From assembly GCA_051530055.1 (NCBI GenBank), contig CM121342.1, positions 12,663,480-12,727,479 of the forward strand: DNA of 64,000 bases. The letters are read 5' to 3'. The position numbers and the translations under genes are program-made. Source of the stretch: Neoechinorhynchus agilis. Lineage: Eukaryota > Animalia > Acanthocephala. Positions 26,954-40,333 of the stretch are shown piece after piece. Numbering within the stretch: the stretch's first letter is position 1; each line of letters begins with the position of its first letter. Under the pieces are notes generated by a model. That model searched no databases. It worked only from the letters and a program-made list of their open reading frames with translations, and was not told the DNA's origin.

Positions 26954-28819
26954 TTTCCTTTTTTCGTGCTTAAAGTATCTATGAAGACGGTAAAAAAATC
27001 TTTATCCTCCTTTACTAACTTGAAGACCTTAGTGATTTATTCTATGAGGCTAAAGTTAAAGTATCGATGAAGACCGTCTCACTTTGCTGACGTCACCTCT
27101 GAGCCACTGTTTCGAATTCGAAGCTCTTCGGAAAAAGGATTTCAGGTTATTTAAGAGCACATTTCGCCAAGTCCTCGCTTGACGTCATCGCTCTCGTCTT
27201 ACAAAAAAAACCGGCGCTCGTTATCGTAAATGGAAAAATGGTCGCTAATTTTCAAAGTTAGCACTTTTTGATGATGATGTAATGTTTACATTTAAAAACG
27301 GATTAAAAAAATTATAAAAAATCAAACGTTTCGAATTCTCCGAAAACTTTTATTTTAAATTAATCATAACGATAGAGCAAGCGATTAGGAAGTTTACAAG
27401 AATGACACAAAAAAAGATTACTTCCAAAAAATTTATTTCTATAAGATTAACACGCAGCGATTACTCGTTCCCGTTTTCTCAAAAGTAGTTTATAAAAGGC
27501 GTTGATTGATTAAGAACGATTTTTAAGGGCTTTTTAGAAGAGTATTTTTTCATTCGCACGAGCAACATTTTAAAAACCAATCAGCATGCAAGGAATAGCA
27601 AAACGCGATCAGTAAAAGCTAAGAGCAATTACGCAAGCAATAGATTAAAGAAGGCCTACGCGGAGGCCGAAAATTATCAAATAAATAAATTATTATGATT
27701 CGCTATAAAAAAGTAAATGATTAAAATCTTTACAATTATGCATAAATGCAAGTCGAAATGTGTTCAAAAAATTTACTTTTACATCCTTTCTTACCCCCAG
27801 CGCTATTTAGAGTTCCGCTTTTTTCCATTACGTCACGTCTGATAATCGTGGACATAAAATCAATTATATTTGCCACTTTTAAATCAATTGAATATTAGTA
27901 ATCATTTAATCCTTTGCCCACGTCTTAAAATCATACAACTAAACGCTTGTTGTTGGGTGCAAACTTCGCTTTATATGCATCTTACGAGCAACTTTTTATC
28001 AAATGACACTTTCCGCGCGTCTCTCTCTCGTCGTCGTCGACCATCATCCTCCGGATCCGTCATCCACCCCGGATCCGTCATCAACTCTGAAGTGATCACG
28101 AGGACCCAGAGTTACATGGGTCCTCTTCTTAAACAAAATAAATAAAACGTGTTGTTGAAATCCTCTTTATTTTTTAGTTAACATTATTAAGAATTCTATC
28201 TCGCGGATTGGCTAAAATACTATAATTAATTTTTAAACCAAGGAACCCTTTTGTTCTCGTTAAAAGCACGCTTAAATAGTTTTTGAAATGTCGAATGGAC
28301 TAAGAATGTCGCTGTGAAGATTATCAGCAAGCATGATTGGACCACAATTAAAAATTCAACAAAGAAAACTCATTTTCAATTTGGTGCTCAGTGTGGACAT
28401 TAATTTTATTCAGCTGATTATTGCTTTAGTTTAGCAAAATAGTTTGATTAAAACGAGTCAAATTAGAGACTTTCTTAACATATGGTATCGTTTCATGAAG
28501 AATATTCTGTCCATAATTTAGATGGTACTTTATTAAGTACAGAATTTATATTAAACATCACTGCTCTGGGATGAATCTTTGTGTAGTCTTGTAAATCGCG
28601 CTCATTTATTAAATGCAGAAGTCATAGAAAGATGCTTTAAAGCACACCTTCTATCAATTTTCAATCGAAAAATTTCATCCATTTAATTCAGTTTCCGGCC
28701 TGTTTTTTCGTGTACGGATGTCCTTCTTTGCATCTACAATTCTCTTCTTTGTAATCTCGACGCACACCTTTATTTATCTCTCGACTCATCCAAATAGATA
28801 TTCATACTCAGCTGTCGGA

Positions 28820-29660
28820 CGAGATCTGGTGTCAAGCGTCTTTGCCTGTGTCGTCCGGCGGTTGGGGTATCCGAAAAGCAGCCGGTATTTCCCTGCAAAC
28901 TCATATGAGACCGTATGAAGCAACTCGCAAAATAGTTCAGTGTTTTCTTGGCGAGGATTACAGGTTGGATGGAGATTTCGTGGATGCTCTTAATCTTTGG
29001 CTTAGAGATTCAGGCAGCGAGCAGGTCCCCGTCAATGGTTGCAAACAATCAATTTGCAACTCGTCACTGGTAGTTAGAATTCATAGCTCTTTAAATTCAG
29101 ATTCTCGTGACTTGGTGAATTGAACTCGGTTGGCGGCAGCCTCTACAAGAGAATCGGGTGCTTGGCTCAGTGCTCCTTCTCTCCGACGAGACAGTAAGGA
29201 TCGCAGTGTGCACATCCCATCGCTGCCGTTGCGGAGCGACCGAGGAACCATCTGGACGCGGTGGTCTCGTCTGCTGGCAATCAGGAGGTCCTGAATATTG
29301 GTGAATGAGTCCAACCTTTTAGAGCCGAGCAAACTTTGCCGACTCGATGACCGTAGACCGGACGGTGTCACAGTATTCCCGTGGTGAGAAGATGCCATTC
29401 GAAGCCCGCAACATAAAATTTACCGCTGTTAAACCGTTGGGGAGGAGCATCCGCCGCAGAAGATCGCAAAAAGACCAAATGCAGAGACCTTATTCGAAGT
29501 CATTATTTCGTTCCCTTTGCTGTCGACACTCGGATCGTTTTGGTACCGCAGTGCAGGACTGACGATCCGAGGGCAGGAACATTCCTTCTGCAAAACTTAA
29601 GTCTGACTGTGCAACGTGGGAACGCTGCATCTGTCTATTCGACCTTTACACCAGGAAAGC
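28820..29660 (+). mobile_element. Degraded 3' fragment of CRE-clade RLE non-LTR retrotransposon
   Basis: PVSSGG.GIRK, ESGAWL, HRCRCG, QRGNAASV remnants, similar to the element at 52860-55650. Confidence 0.7.
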
Positions 29661-30963
29661 AGCTGAGTGATACAGAGCGGTGGCGTGAATGTTGGTAAAA
29701 TTTGGTCGAGATAAAAGTAACATTCATGTTAATTCCGAATCAAAAAATCACATTTCGCAGTTTATTCGCAATACAATTTCGAGACAAATGTCTCTGTTCA
29801 TTGATATCAAAAGATAAATCGATTGGAAATAGAATCGGTTGATCAAATTTCAAAATAATTGTTTTAGCTTGTACCATTTTTCTACAAATCTACGCCTAAC
29901 TGAAAGTTCAACCCTGATATCCAACAAAATCACATCATTTTCATTAAATGGGGATTTACTATTTGGTTAAAACCGCTAGCATGCTTTTTCTTCCGTGCAA
30001 GGGTTCTATAAAGGAGTTTTACCGATTTAAGAAATTGTGTTCGATTAATTAAGTTGTGACGTTTTTGCGATGTCATCGTTGTTTTCTACTTGCTGTCGTA
30101 TTTTCTTCAACTTTATTAATTTTTTCTTGTTTTATTTACGTTGTTTTTATTGGAAAGATTTCACAACCTTCAATTTATGTTTTCTCGTCCTTTTAAGTTC
30201 TTTATGGCATACAACTTTGCAGTTTTTGTGAGCTTTCGAATGGGTTTTTCATTTCTCGTTGTAATGCTTGTTAGTTACAAAGTGTAATTTCTTGGAAATC
30301 GAAATCCGATGTCACCATAAAAACGATTATTTGTATTTTCGATGGATCCAATCAATCATTAGTGCCTTTTCACCTCTCCCATTAATGTGATTCTCGATTT
30401 CACCATTGTCTTGCGCTGCATTGGTCTTTCAATTATTGAAGTCCGCTAGTTTCTTTTGTTTCTCGAATAAAAAGTTTAAAATACGACACTTCTGTGGAGA
30501 TTTAAGAACATCTTTAGCCAAATACAATTTATAACTATAGCATTGATTGATGAATTCTATTTTACCCAAGTTCTATGATTTCTATTCACATTTCGTTTTC
30601 TCGGTATTGTGGATATCCTTTTGCCACGATCGACGAAATGTTCGTTAACACTCGCTCTTTGTAACTCGTGGTTGCCTTTAAAATAGGGAACTTTATTGAA
30701 AAATTGAAAGACCCAAATACCTATATTTAAAAGTACTGTCGGATTTTTCGCACTTGCAGCCTGCTGCATAAATACCCTCATTGCTCTCGAAAAGTATTTT
30801 GTTTATCATCCCTTTGAAGAAAATGTGGGTGATAAATTATACCTGATTTTTCAGGTGATTAAATCTAATGTAATGCTAGTCAAATCATCTAACTTTTTTC
30901 AATCATGAATTTTTATGATAAAATCGACTAAAGTTAACATTTCTGTATATAAATCCAATTCAG

Positions 30964-31443
30964 ATGTCCAGGTCACCTTCATCCTCACCACATCGTGGAG
31001 TTCTTGAATCGAAAATCTCAACCGAGATTGGTTCAGCCGAACAATCAATTGACCGTGAAAAAACGTGTCCCATGCTTCTTCGTATGTTCTACTCGATGAA
31101 TGGACGGCACCATTTCCGTTCAGAGTTTGAGCGGGGCGCTACTCCCTCCAGTGAACTTCAAATCTATACGTGGATGGACGCAACCTTAAAGGAATTGATG
31201 GGTCTCATCAAAGAAGTCCACAAAGAAACGCGAAGAAAGGGAACAACATTTAATTTCTCCGTGGTTTATCCAGATATGCGAGCTCCGATTTATCGGTTGA
31301 GAAGAATAGGAGAAACGGTTAGCGGGCAGTCAGGACCGGATGATAAATGCACTCTCCGATCTCGTGGCTTCGTCATTGGAGACTATATAGACGTTGCGAT
31401 AATGATTCCAAAAGCACCGCCGGTGCCTTATAAACGACAGTGA
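30964..31443 (+). CDS. SAP18: Histone deacetylase complex subunit SAP18 (intronless)
   Basis: IDREKTCPMLLR, ELQIYTWMDATLKEL, GDYIDVAI. Confidence 0.96.
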   Translation: MSRSPSSSPHRGVLESKISTEIGSAEQSIDREKTCPMLLRMFYSMNGRHHFRSEFERGATPSSELQIYTWMDATLKELMGLIKEVHKETRRKGTTFNFSVVYPDMRAPIYRLRRIGETVSGQSGPDDKCTLRSRGFVIGDYIDVAIMIPKAPPVPYKRQ

Positions 31444-31599
31444 ATCTTTAATTACTTGCGTGTGATATTGGGAAATAAAACTAACTGTTGTCCATCGCAC
31501 ATCGACCGAAAAAGGGATGACCGGTCCTTCCTTAAGAAAACTTCTGATGAGGACTAATCACCACGAGGATCAGGAGAATTATCCAAAAAGTGCATTATG

Positions 31600-32070
31600 T
31601 GCACTCGATGTCAATTGGACAATGAAGATGGAAGACTAAGACCGAAGGCAGCCTGTATGATGAGCAACGTGGTATAGCGGATCACATGCGGCAATTGCAT
31701 GGACCAGGGGAAATCCTGCAGCTACATCGGAAAGACGCAGCGGAGGCTACACCAGCGGATAACTGAGCATTTCTGTAATGCACGTAACCCGCACGCACCG
31801 TCGTACGTGTCAGCACCGTTGGGCACCCATTTTGCTAGCCACCACAATATTGTTAGCCCAGCCTTGGGGGTGGGGGTTCTCTACAAGGCATCTGATCCTG
31901 TAGACCTTTTGCATTGCCGAGGCTCTGCTTATTGGTCGTGGAGTAGCAGGGTCAACTGATGGGTCACTCAATCGGAAGGATGAATTGTCAGACAGTTTAT
32001 CACTTTTCTGACCTTTCCGAGTGAGGGAGTCCCCGAAGAAGCAGTGAAGCGGCGAAAATTCGGACAAAAT
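31600..32070 (+). mobile_element. Penelope-like element 3' fragment (GIY-YIG endonuclease plus terminal region)
   Basis: C..C..SYIGKTQRRLHQRITEH..LGTHF..HH, followed by a hammerhead motif. Confidence 0.75.
32029..32065 (+). ncRNA. Minimal type I hammerhead ribozyme (Penelope-associated)
   Basis: GTCC-CCGAAGA-AGCAGTGAAGCGGC-GAAA-ATT-C-GGAC: stem I GTCC/GGAC, core with U4-to-C variant, palindromic AATT stem III, UC cleavage site. Confidence 0.6.
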
Positions 32071-33085
32071 AAAACATCGTACTCGGGAACGTTTTGGAAA
32101 AATCTATATTTTGGTTATCGCTTGAGTTTTCCGAAGGTTCTGTACCGTTTCTTGTCGTCCGGCTCAACTGTATATGCAACAATACTGATTTAAAATCGAT
32201 AAGTTTTTAGTTATAAACTTTGGTATTGTTGAGTTTTAAAAATGAAACGAGGCATCTCATGAAGTATAGGACGTTATTTCCCACTGCGAAAACGTTGATA
32301 AGGGCACAAGATTGTGCCGAGATATTGGGCCTAATAAAATACTTCAATTTTTATGCCATAAAAAATCAGATCTTTCCAAAAATCAGCTATGATTAATACC
32401 TTTTAAAGTTAATCATTTCGGTGTTTAGCACCTTTCTCAATGTTACCATTGCTCCAACGACGCAAAGTACTTTTGCATAGGTGTAAAATGATTAAGGTAT
32501 GACTTTTTACAAGATTGCGCAAAACGCATACTGACTTAAGTACCCACTAAACAGGTTTAAAGGTAACTTGATCTTTACCTTCACGATTTATTTCTTAATT
32601 TTTCTGGTCGTACTAACATTTTTGAATTTATTATTTTGTTCTTTGAAAAGTTATGGAAATCAATTAAAGTTGCGAGAATCGAGTCTACCGATTTGTTTTT
32701 AAAGTTGTGTCAAGCCTTATGAATTTAGTTTAAATATTAGGCAGCCCAAACCTGGTGATGAAATAGGAGCGCTTGAAAATCAATTTCAGTTATGAAAATT
32801 ATTTCTATATGTAACCCAATTTTTTTTACTATCAATAGTCAACGAAGTCCATTATCTCAATTCATATTCTTTAGCGTCCCTGAAACTCACACAGTCGATT
32901 CTTAAACAATTTAAATGCAATAAAAGTTCGCCGCCTGTGTGTTTTCAATCAATTTGAGTTAAACCTCGCAAATTTAAGCTTTCTTCGAATTAAATTTGAT
33001 TCTCTGTTGATTTCATATTTTTTTAAAGTATTCTACTATAGTAATAAGTTGCTCATCGATCCTGATTAAAGGTCGAATTGCTGAG

Positions 33086-33800
33086 ATGTCATTGACGAGC
33101 TGGACAACCTCAACAATGGCATTCTTTTCTTTTGCTATATCGATTGCTAGTCTTGTGATGTTTTCAAAGCATAAGGACATCGACGGTGGACTTTGCGCCG
33201 TTTATCTCGGTAATATTTCGAATGAAAACCCAAATCAACAATTTGCACAGGCTTGGTTGGATTGTGCTTGTATGTGTTTGGTCATTTGCATTGCAAAGAT
33301 TATTGGAGCCAAAACATTGAACGCAGGCTGAGAGCGTTTAAATACGCAACAGGAGGGATATTTGCAGTGTCAGTGGTTGCTTCAAGCGCATATGCTACAT
33401 ATGGCTCTTCATGCTATAGATGTAAGTTTTTAATACTGGCTCCGTTCCATAATGTTTTAATATTTGATCAAACTTTTATAACTATAAATTCCCTTGTGTT
33501 GGACCGAATTTAAAAAATAATGATCTGTTGAAAAGATAATAAAAATTGGCGAATCAGAAAGAAGTTCGTTGTTAATTTTATAGCAGCAACATTTATTTCA
33601 CCTATTTAATATATAATTTTTTGTATTCTCCACGGCTTCAACATTACATTTTAAATTTATGAGGAGTCTACTTCATCGTCCAAGTTTATCCGTTTAATAT
33701 CATGATATTTTCTTTACATGTTTTTTGTGTTAAGAATACCTTGCATTGAATAAAAGGCCCAGGATATCCACAGCATTTCAGCCTGGACAATTCTCAGGTA
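33086..33800 (+). CDS. HRG1/SLC48A1-like heme transporter (3' exons uncertain)
   Basis: Removing a short GT-AG intron (about 33210-33250) gives GGLCAVYLGLVGLCLYVFGHLHCKDYWSQNIERRLRAF..FAVSVVA, resembling HRG1 QDYWRTWLKGLRGF..FSAVS; a later exon gives ISAWTILS. Confidence 0.55.
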
Positions 33801-34793
33801 AAAATTTTAATTGCAGGTTAAAGCCTGCTTTTACAAGTTATTTTTAAGCAGAGTTGTTATTTAACTTCAAATTTAACTTACTAAGCATTCCTTCTGATCA
33901 TGCGTTAATTTCCTACTAAATACTGTTAATTTTTCTTAAATTTGCACTTTTAGAAAAAATTATACGGTACAAAGTTGGCAAATCTTAGGAAAACTCACAC
34001 AGCATACATTTTCAGAATTGGAACAAAAGTATCCAAATGTAACAACTATTGTGGAACGGAGGTAGTATATTATTTCTTAAATTTCGATTATATTATTATA
34101 ATCAAAAGACAGGACAACGTTTGGTCACATAGCATTTCTTAAGAGCGCATGCTGGATGTTTTCGGGTTTAAATTCAATTATTCTGTACAGTTTATGCAAT
34201 GTGTGTATAGATGAAGCCGAGTTTGAATTGAGAATGCAATAAATTGCTTGTGTGGGAATAAAATATATTTTTGTGACTATATCATTTTAATTTCTTTGAG
34301 ATGAAGTGATCTTGATAGCATTGCGCTTTTAACCAGCAGGAAGATTATTATTTATACTAAATTTTAGCCTGTTTCGTATTCTTGCCATTGGTATTGGTCT
34401 ATCTAAAAAGGAGTAGCGATAATTACTATTTTTTGAAATGTAAAAATCAGCACTTATTAATTGAGCAAAAACTTTCGAAATCTCGCAGTAATTTAATCCA
34501 TACTTGTTCAAAAATTCATTGTTTTAATGATGCGAATTTAACCGTTATTTTTCTACAAGAAAAGCGTCGGCAATATCCTATGAAAATTGAATACGCACCA
34601 TTGATTAGCATCAATAAGGTATTAAAAACTAAATTTTGAAATTAATGTGTTTCTATCGATCATTTAAAACTTATAAAAATATCAATTTCGTATAAATCAA
34701 ATAAATTAAAGTAATGTCCATTGTAATGGGTTATTTTAATCATAGAACACTGATTTGTGAAAACTAGATGAACAAAATTTTATTCGGAAAATA

Positions 34794-36179
34794 TTATTGC
34801 TTTTCGGGTGCGTATGCGTATCCGAAGTTGTAAATTTGACCATTTTCGCGAAGCTTTCTCTTGGCGCGCATCCTTCTGTTCTGAAACCATACTTTTACTT
34901 GTGCTTCTTTAAGCCCAAGTTCCTTTGAAATCTCCGCACGACGACTCCTACTTAGATAATTATTATAATGAAATTCCTTCTCCAACTCCGTTAGTTGAGC
35001 AGTAGTAAAGTTTACCCTCACGTTCTTTGTTCCACAATATCTTCCTTGGTTATCGTCTAAATTAAAGGAACATCATTAAATTTTCGATTTTTTTTATCAA
35101 ATTCTATCAATTAAAGGTCATAGAGATTAAGATTCCGACCAAAATTCTTTGTAGCAGATGTTAATAAATCACAATATTAATTTGTATGTAAGATCGTACT
35201 TCTTACTAAATGTGCGGCTTCTTTGATCAAGCAATAAGTTAATCTACGAATTTGGCATAAATTGCACATCATTGCAGATTTCACATATAGCTAACTTTAT
35301 TTCTTTTTAACCTTTAGAATTTTATCCTTTATTATAAAAAAAATTATTGCAACTTGAAGCAACTAAAAATAAATTTTTACACAAAACTCTCGGCAAATCA
35401 GTTTTAAACTTTCCGGGATTATTCTTTCACGAAATCCTATCAAAATACATTGTTAGCGACATGCAATCAAATTTTTTGGCGCAACATAAATCTCTAATTG
35501 CTCCAGATATATAAACAAATTCAAGCATGCAAAAAGCTTTGATGCATGTTCTTATTTAGAATTAAAATTACATCTTAATTTTTTAAACAACAAATTATTA
35601 TAATATTGTGATTTATGGTTTAAATTTTGAGAATTTTGTTAATTGCATTTTTTTATGATAACTAGACGCTGTGATATGTTCTCACAGATTCATTTCGAGG
35701 CATTTTTACGTTCAATCCAATTTGCATCATTGTCTCGTATTTTTAATTATCTACATGGGATGCGTGATCAAATTTTAAGATACTCTGCTATAAAAATATG
35801 AATAATTGAAAAAATCAATAGTGTAATACATTTTGTTGCAATAAAAAAGTAATTTAAGGTTTCGTTTAAAAATTAACATGAAATACCTACCTTTTGATTT
35901 AATTTTTTTACTTGCTGTTAGCCACTTAAAATCTCCTGTATTGAGAGATCGAACAATCTCATTTCGTCCGTCATCAATTTTTCGTTTATCTCTTGATCTA
36001 AGTGACGGATTACAGCAGCATGGATAGTAAATATTTTGGAACTTGGCATAATTTGCATGTTGCTGGAAATGTTGAAAAGACTGATGAGGTGCCGAAGTAG
36101 ACTGAGCGATTGTGGCCGGAATTAAGTTTGAAAAATCATAAACTGACTTAGACTGATAAATCTGCTGAGGATAATACAT
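34794..36179 (-). CDS. Hox1: Hox paralog group 1 (labial-like) homeobox gene
   Basis: Exon 1 35891-36179 with hexapeptide-like DFKWL; GT-AG intron 35057-35890; homeodomain [41 protein letters not shown]. Confidence 0.8.
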
Positions 36180-36570
36180 AAGCGTTTTTTAAGATTCGTC
36201 TCAAATAGTTAGCAGTACTGTTGGATATATAACGAAATCGGCGTACGCATATGTTACGCATTTATAACAATGCATGCTGCTGATTGGCCTTTGCTATTTG
36301 GCTTATCATGCCGAAAATACATCTTCATAGGCGGTGCTTGTCAGCTTTGCCAAGATTGTTTGATGGATTGGGAAGGTGTGGGTATTGTCAATTGCGGGCA
36401 ATTCTCAAGAAAGTGCACTGCATCTTATGCAACAAACATAATATTTATTATCATTTTTAACGAATGCAGAATCGGCTCTGGACCAAAAATTGCGTTGTGA
36501 TTGGCCAAATTATAAGCATGTTCTCTAGCAACCTAAATACTAATTAACGGCTTGTTTATGGCGGAAAAAT

Positions 36571-36628
36571 TGAAGGAATTTATTAAATCCGATATTTCGG
36601 GACATATCGGATTTAATAAATTCCTTCA
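36571..36628. repeat. Perfect 25-bp inverted repeat with 8-nt loop
   Basis: TGAAGGAATTTATTAAATCCGATAT-TTCGGGAC-ATATCGGATTTAATAAATTCCTTCA. Confidence 0.9.
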
Positions 36629-36927
36629 TGTTGACCCAAGTCGAAATCGATTATAAAACAAAACAATGAACGCCATTGGTTCGGCTGATTGACGATATAT
36701 TAACATCCCGCAGTTGGCGTTTAATAGATATGAGTTCACGAAACATTCAAAATGCCGATGTCAAAATATGGCGAGTAAGTTTCCTGCATGCACTATGCTC
36801 AAATATTATTGGACCACGGTGTTGTCATACAAAAATATCAATTGATCGTCAGAAATGCAACGAAATCATCTTATTTTTAAGCTTCTATATCAAATAAAAG
36901 TTTGCCGATCACTGAAAACAAATAAGA

Positions 36928-37689
36928 TTATTCAAATGATTCATCGACAATCGTTTCGTCACTCGAACTCTCAGTGACCTGATCTGAGCCGCAACCTTTT
37001 GATTTTCCTCGTCGTAGACCACGATAAACGTTGGCTGCCTCGCGTATTTTTTCCATGTACCAATCGATAAGCGTGTCACTTTCTTCAATTTTATCATTTG
37101 TAGATTTCTCTACAGATCTAGCAATATCGATAAACATATCACTGGAATTTCTAACCACTTCACTCTCATCCTTTTCAGTTTCAATCAATTTTGGCAACCG
37201 ATCGTCCGATGGTTTGATAGCCTCATTAAGAAGATTTCGCATCATCAAAGATGGTTTGGAAAATACAAAGAAGTCATGGATGACGTACTGTGAGTGCTCG
37301 TCCATTACATCGACTCCACTACTGTTGGCATACAGCTGAAGAAAATGTTTAAAATGCACAGCAAGCTTTTCGGTTCCTCGAAAATAAACGCTGATTTCTA
37401 CTTGAAAGCTTCCCCATCCATATTCTTGAACCTCGTATGGCGAAGTCCGACACACTCGTGTTGGATTACTGTAGGATTTGTGCAAATGAAATACGACTCG
37501 ATCGACATACACTGATAGGTCCTCGTTTGGCGTATCGGAACGGAGAAAAAGTTTCCATCGGTGTGTATATTGGTTTTCGTTGTCTTCAACAAGTAATTCG
37601 CGTCGTTCGTGATCTTTAATGAGAAATTGAGCAGTATTTCCGTATACGATGGGGCGAAAAATTCGGTCCGATAAATTCAAGCAGCACAT
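36928..37689 (-). CDS. YEATS4: YEATS domain protein, YEATS4/GAS41-like (intronless)
   Basis: RPIVYGNTA, YTHRWKLFLR, VVFHLHKSYSNPTRV, PYEVQEYGWGSF; C-terminal coiled region. Confidence 0.9.
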   Translation of the reverse strand: MCCLNLSDRIFRPIVYGNTAQFLIKDHERRELLVEDNENQYTHRWKLFLRSDTPNEDLSVYVDRVVFHLHKSYSNPTRVCRTSPYEVQEYGWGSFQVEISVYFRGTEKLAVHFKHFLQLYANSSGVDVMDEHSQYVIHDFFVFSKPSLMMRNLLNEAIKPSDDRLPKLIETEKDESEVVRNSSDMFIDIARSVEKSTNDKIEESDTLIDWYMEKIREAANVYRGLRRGKSKGCGSDQVTESSSDETIVDESFE

Positions 37690-39144
37690 TTATCTGCGTT
37701 TAAAAGAAGGGTAATGAAGGGGGTTAAACCGTTCTTATGGATTTAAAAAATAATGCTTAAAAAAACAAAATTAGTAATAGCGAAAAAAATATTTGCTTTC
37801 CGGTAGCGAGACCTCATCACAACTACAACTTTGTAAATTTGTTCAGAGAACTAGCAGACGAATTCATCAATTAATTTTATTATTTTAAAGTACCATAATG
37901 GTCCAGTTTTTATCACCAGGAAATATTATTAGAAAAATTGTAAAAATCAGGAAATAAATTTCAGATCATTCAATTTTTTTATGTTAATCCACGAGTATAT
38001 TCTGTACTTTCGTGTAAATAAAATTTCTTTTAGGACGAGAGAGCAAAAAACTAAAAAATGCTGCGAACAGATTTTTCAATTTCCATATAAAATTTGTGCA
38101 GTCATGAAAGGAAAATTAATTTGCATTACAGACCAGCGAATAAATTTTTTACCTAGAAATCGTTCTTTATCTCCCACGTGCATTTCAAAAAGTAAAAAAG
38201 CAGACTTATTTTACATGGATAATTGATGCATTGAGCAGCATGAACATTCAAAGCTATCAAATGCGATTTCTCACAAAAACATTTTCGAAATTTTCACACT
38301 AAATAATGAATCTGTATTTTATTGGTCGCTCGTTGCATTAAAATTAAATTTTATCATCCAGTTCCAACGTAGATGGTTTAAATGTTTAAAGTAAACAAAA
38401 CCAAATAAGCACAGTTTCGCAAATTCTATCTTAAGAAAAAATTCGATAAATTGATCAATACAAAAAGTAAAGAAATGCGGATAGATTAACAAGATATCGA
38501 ATGCGAAATTGTTTTTAAGAGCACATATGCACATGGTCAGGTCATTAGAACTTCAATGATATATTTGGGTTAGAAGGAATCATAAACGAATGAACGGTAC
38601 ATTTAATGTGAAATATTTCAAATTATGTTTATAATACTTCGTAAGGTTCAATCTTAGGCTGAAATAAGCAAAGAATTTAGGAAAAAGTAGTGAGGATTAA
38701 GCAAGAACAAAGTATGGAGAATTATAGCGTAAGTTTTAGATTAAAATGAAAAGTAAGAAACTATGCATAATAATAGAAAGAGATCCAAAACTCTCTAATG
38801 ATTGCAAATTCTAGCCAACAGATGAATCGTCCGCTCAGTGTAATACAAACGACAAAATAATCAGCTAAGTAATACTGACAAACAAATCGATTAATGATGC
38901 GCAAATTCTGGCTTTCTTCCAGAAAAATCCTTAATTTCTGTGTTTTAGAACGATGAGGTTTAATCTCAAATATTCTTACAGCAGCTAATTAAAGTCGCTT
39001 ATCAGCTAATTGCCGCGTTTTGATTACTGTGATTGGTCGAATGCTTTGAAAAACCCAGGAAAGTCAAAATATTGAATTATGGTAACACTAAGCCAATGGA
39101 AAAATTTTACGGCCTTGAATAGGAATGTAAAGTTTTTCACAACG

Positions 39145-39300
39145 TAGAATTATGGGATAGCACAATCCTAGGAATGGTATATTTATTTAAAATACTTCAC
39201 GAGGTAGCCTCGCCTGACAAAAATACTTTAATAGGGGTTACCTCGTGAAATATTTCAAATAAATATGCCATTCCCAGAATTATGCTATCCCATAATTCTA
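39145..39300. mobile_element. MITE-like foldback element, about 62-bp arms
   Basis: Arms 39145-39206 and 39239-39300; outer 18 bp perfect (TAGAATTATGGGATAGCA). Confidence 0.8.
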
Positions 39301-39498
39301 ATTGGATTATTAGGAAGGATTTTCTACTGATGAGTAAACTGGAGTGCATATGGAATTCTAAAAACAATGCTAACAAGTTTTTTAGAATTTTTATATGCGG
39401 CTCAGCCGGTAGGTAGTCTTTTTATAGATAATTTTTTCCATACACGGATGAACCAATTTCGTTCTGGAAAGCGCTAGTCTGCGTTCAATGCCCCAAGA

Positions 39499-39660
39499 CC
39501 CGGATCCTCAGATACCTCCAGGAGGCGGGACTCATCAGTGAGTTCCTCCCTTCAGCGGTATTTCATCCCCTTTGGTTGTGCGTCATTGGCGGTCGTGGAT
39601 TCGAACCCCTTGACCCAAACTGGGATGAGGAGCTTTAGCTTACTTGACCACTTCAGCGCA
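39499..39660 (-). mobile_element. tRNA-derived SINE family A, copy 3
   Basis: Minus strand GTGGTCAAGT..GGGGTTCGAATCC plus shared body. Confidence 0.75.
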
Positions 39661-40096
39661 CTACGAAATGTACAAGCTTCACCACTTCAGCATGGATAAG
39701 CTTTCTGATTTTTTTAGAATTTTTATATGTGGCTCAGCCGGTTTTCGGTGGACGGTGTGTCCATTCGGCCGTGCATGGAAAAAATTATCTATCAATACTA
39801 ACAAGTACTTTCAAAGTTTTCAATAGTCGTCAATGGGTTTCATAAGCGTGCGCTGGTGAGAATTATCATTTAGCATTTCTCAATCAGTATGGATTTTGTC
39901 AATTATATACCTTTTAATCATCAAGATAAAATACTTCGAGGTTTACATATTTTTTGAATTGATTGATATTTCACGAGGAACCTCGCTTCATCAGTCATTG
40001 TTTGTAAGTCTTTAGAAATTGAAGAGACTACAATGACTAATTAGGCTTCCTTGTTCGAAATATCTCAATTAGCTAACCAAAGGAGGATTATAATTT

Positions 40097-40305
40097 ATGT
40101 TTTAATTCGGCGGAAAGAATGAAGTAATTTATTGAATCCGATTGATTTCGGCGCAAAATCTTGTACGCCTTTTTCAAGGTTGTTGCGCAAGTTAGTTTGT
40201 TGTTTATTAGCTTGCGAAACAACCTTGATGAAAACGTAAATGATTGTGCGCCGAAATCAATCGGATTCAATAAATTACTTCATTCTTTCCGCCGAATTAA
40301 AACAT
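40097..40305. mobile_element. Foldback element, about 95-bp arms
   Basis: ATGTTTAATTCGGCGGAAAGAATGAAG... mirrored by ...CTTCATTCTTTCCGCCGAATTAAAACAT. Confidence 0.85.
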
Positions 40306-40333
40306 GAACAGTTCAATCTTCAAACGTTATAAT

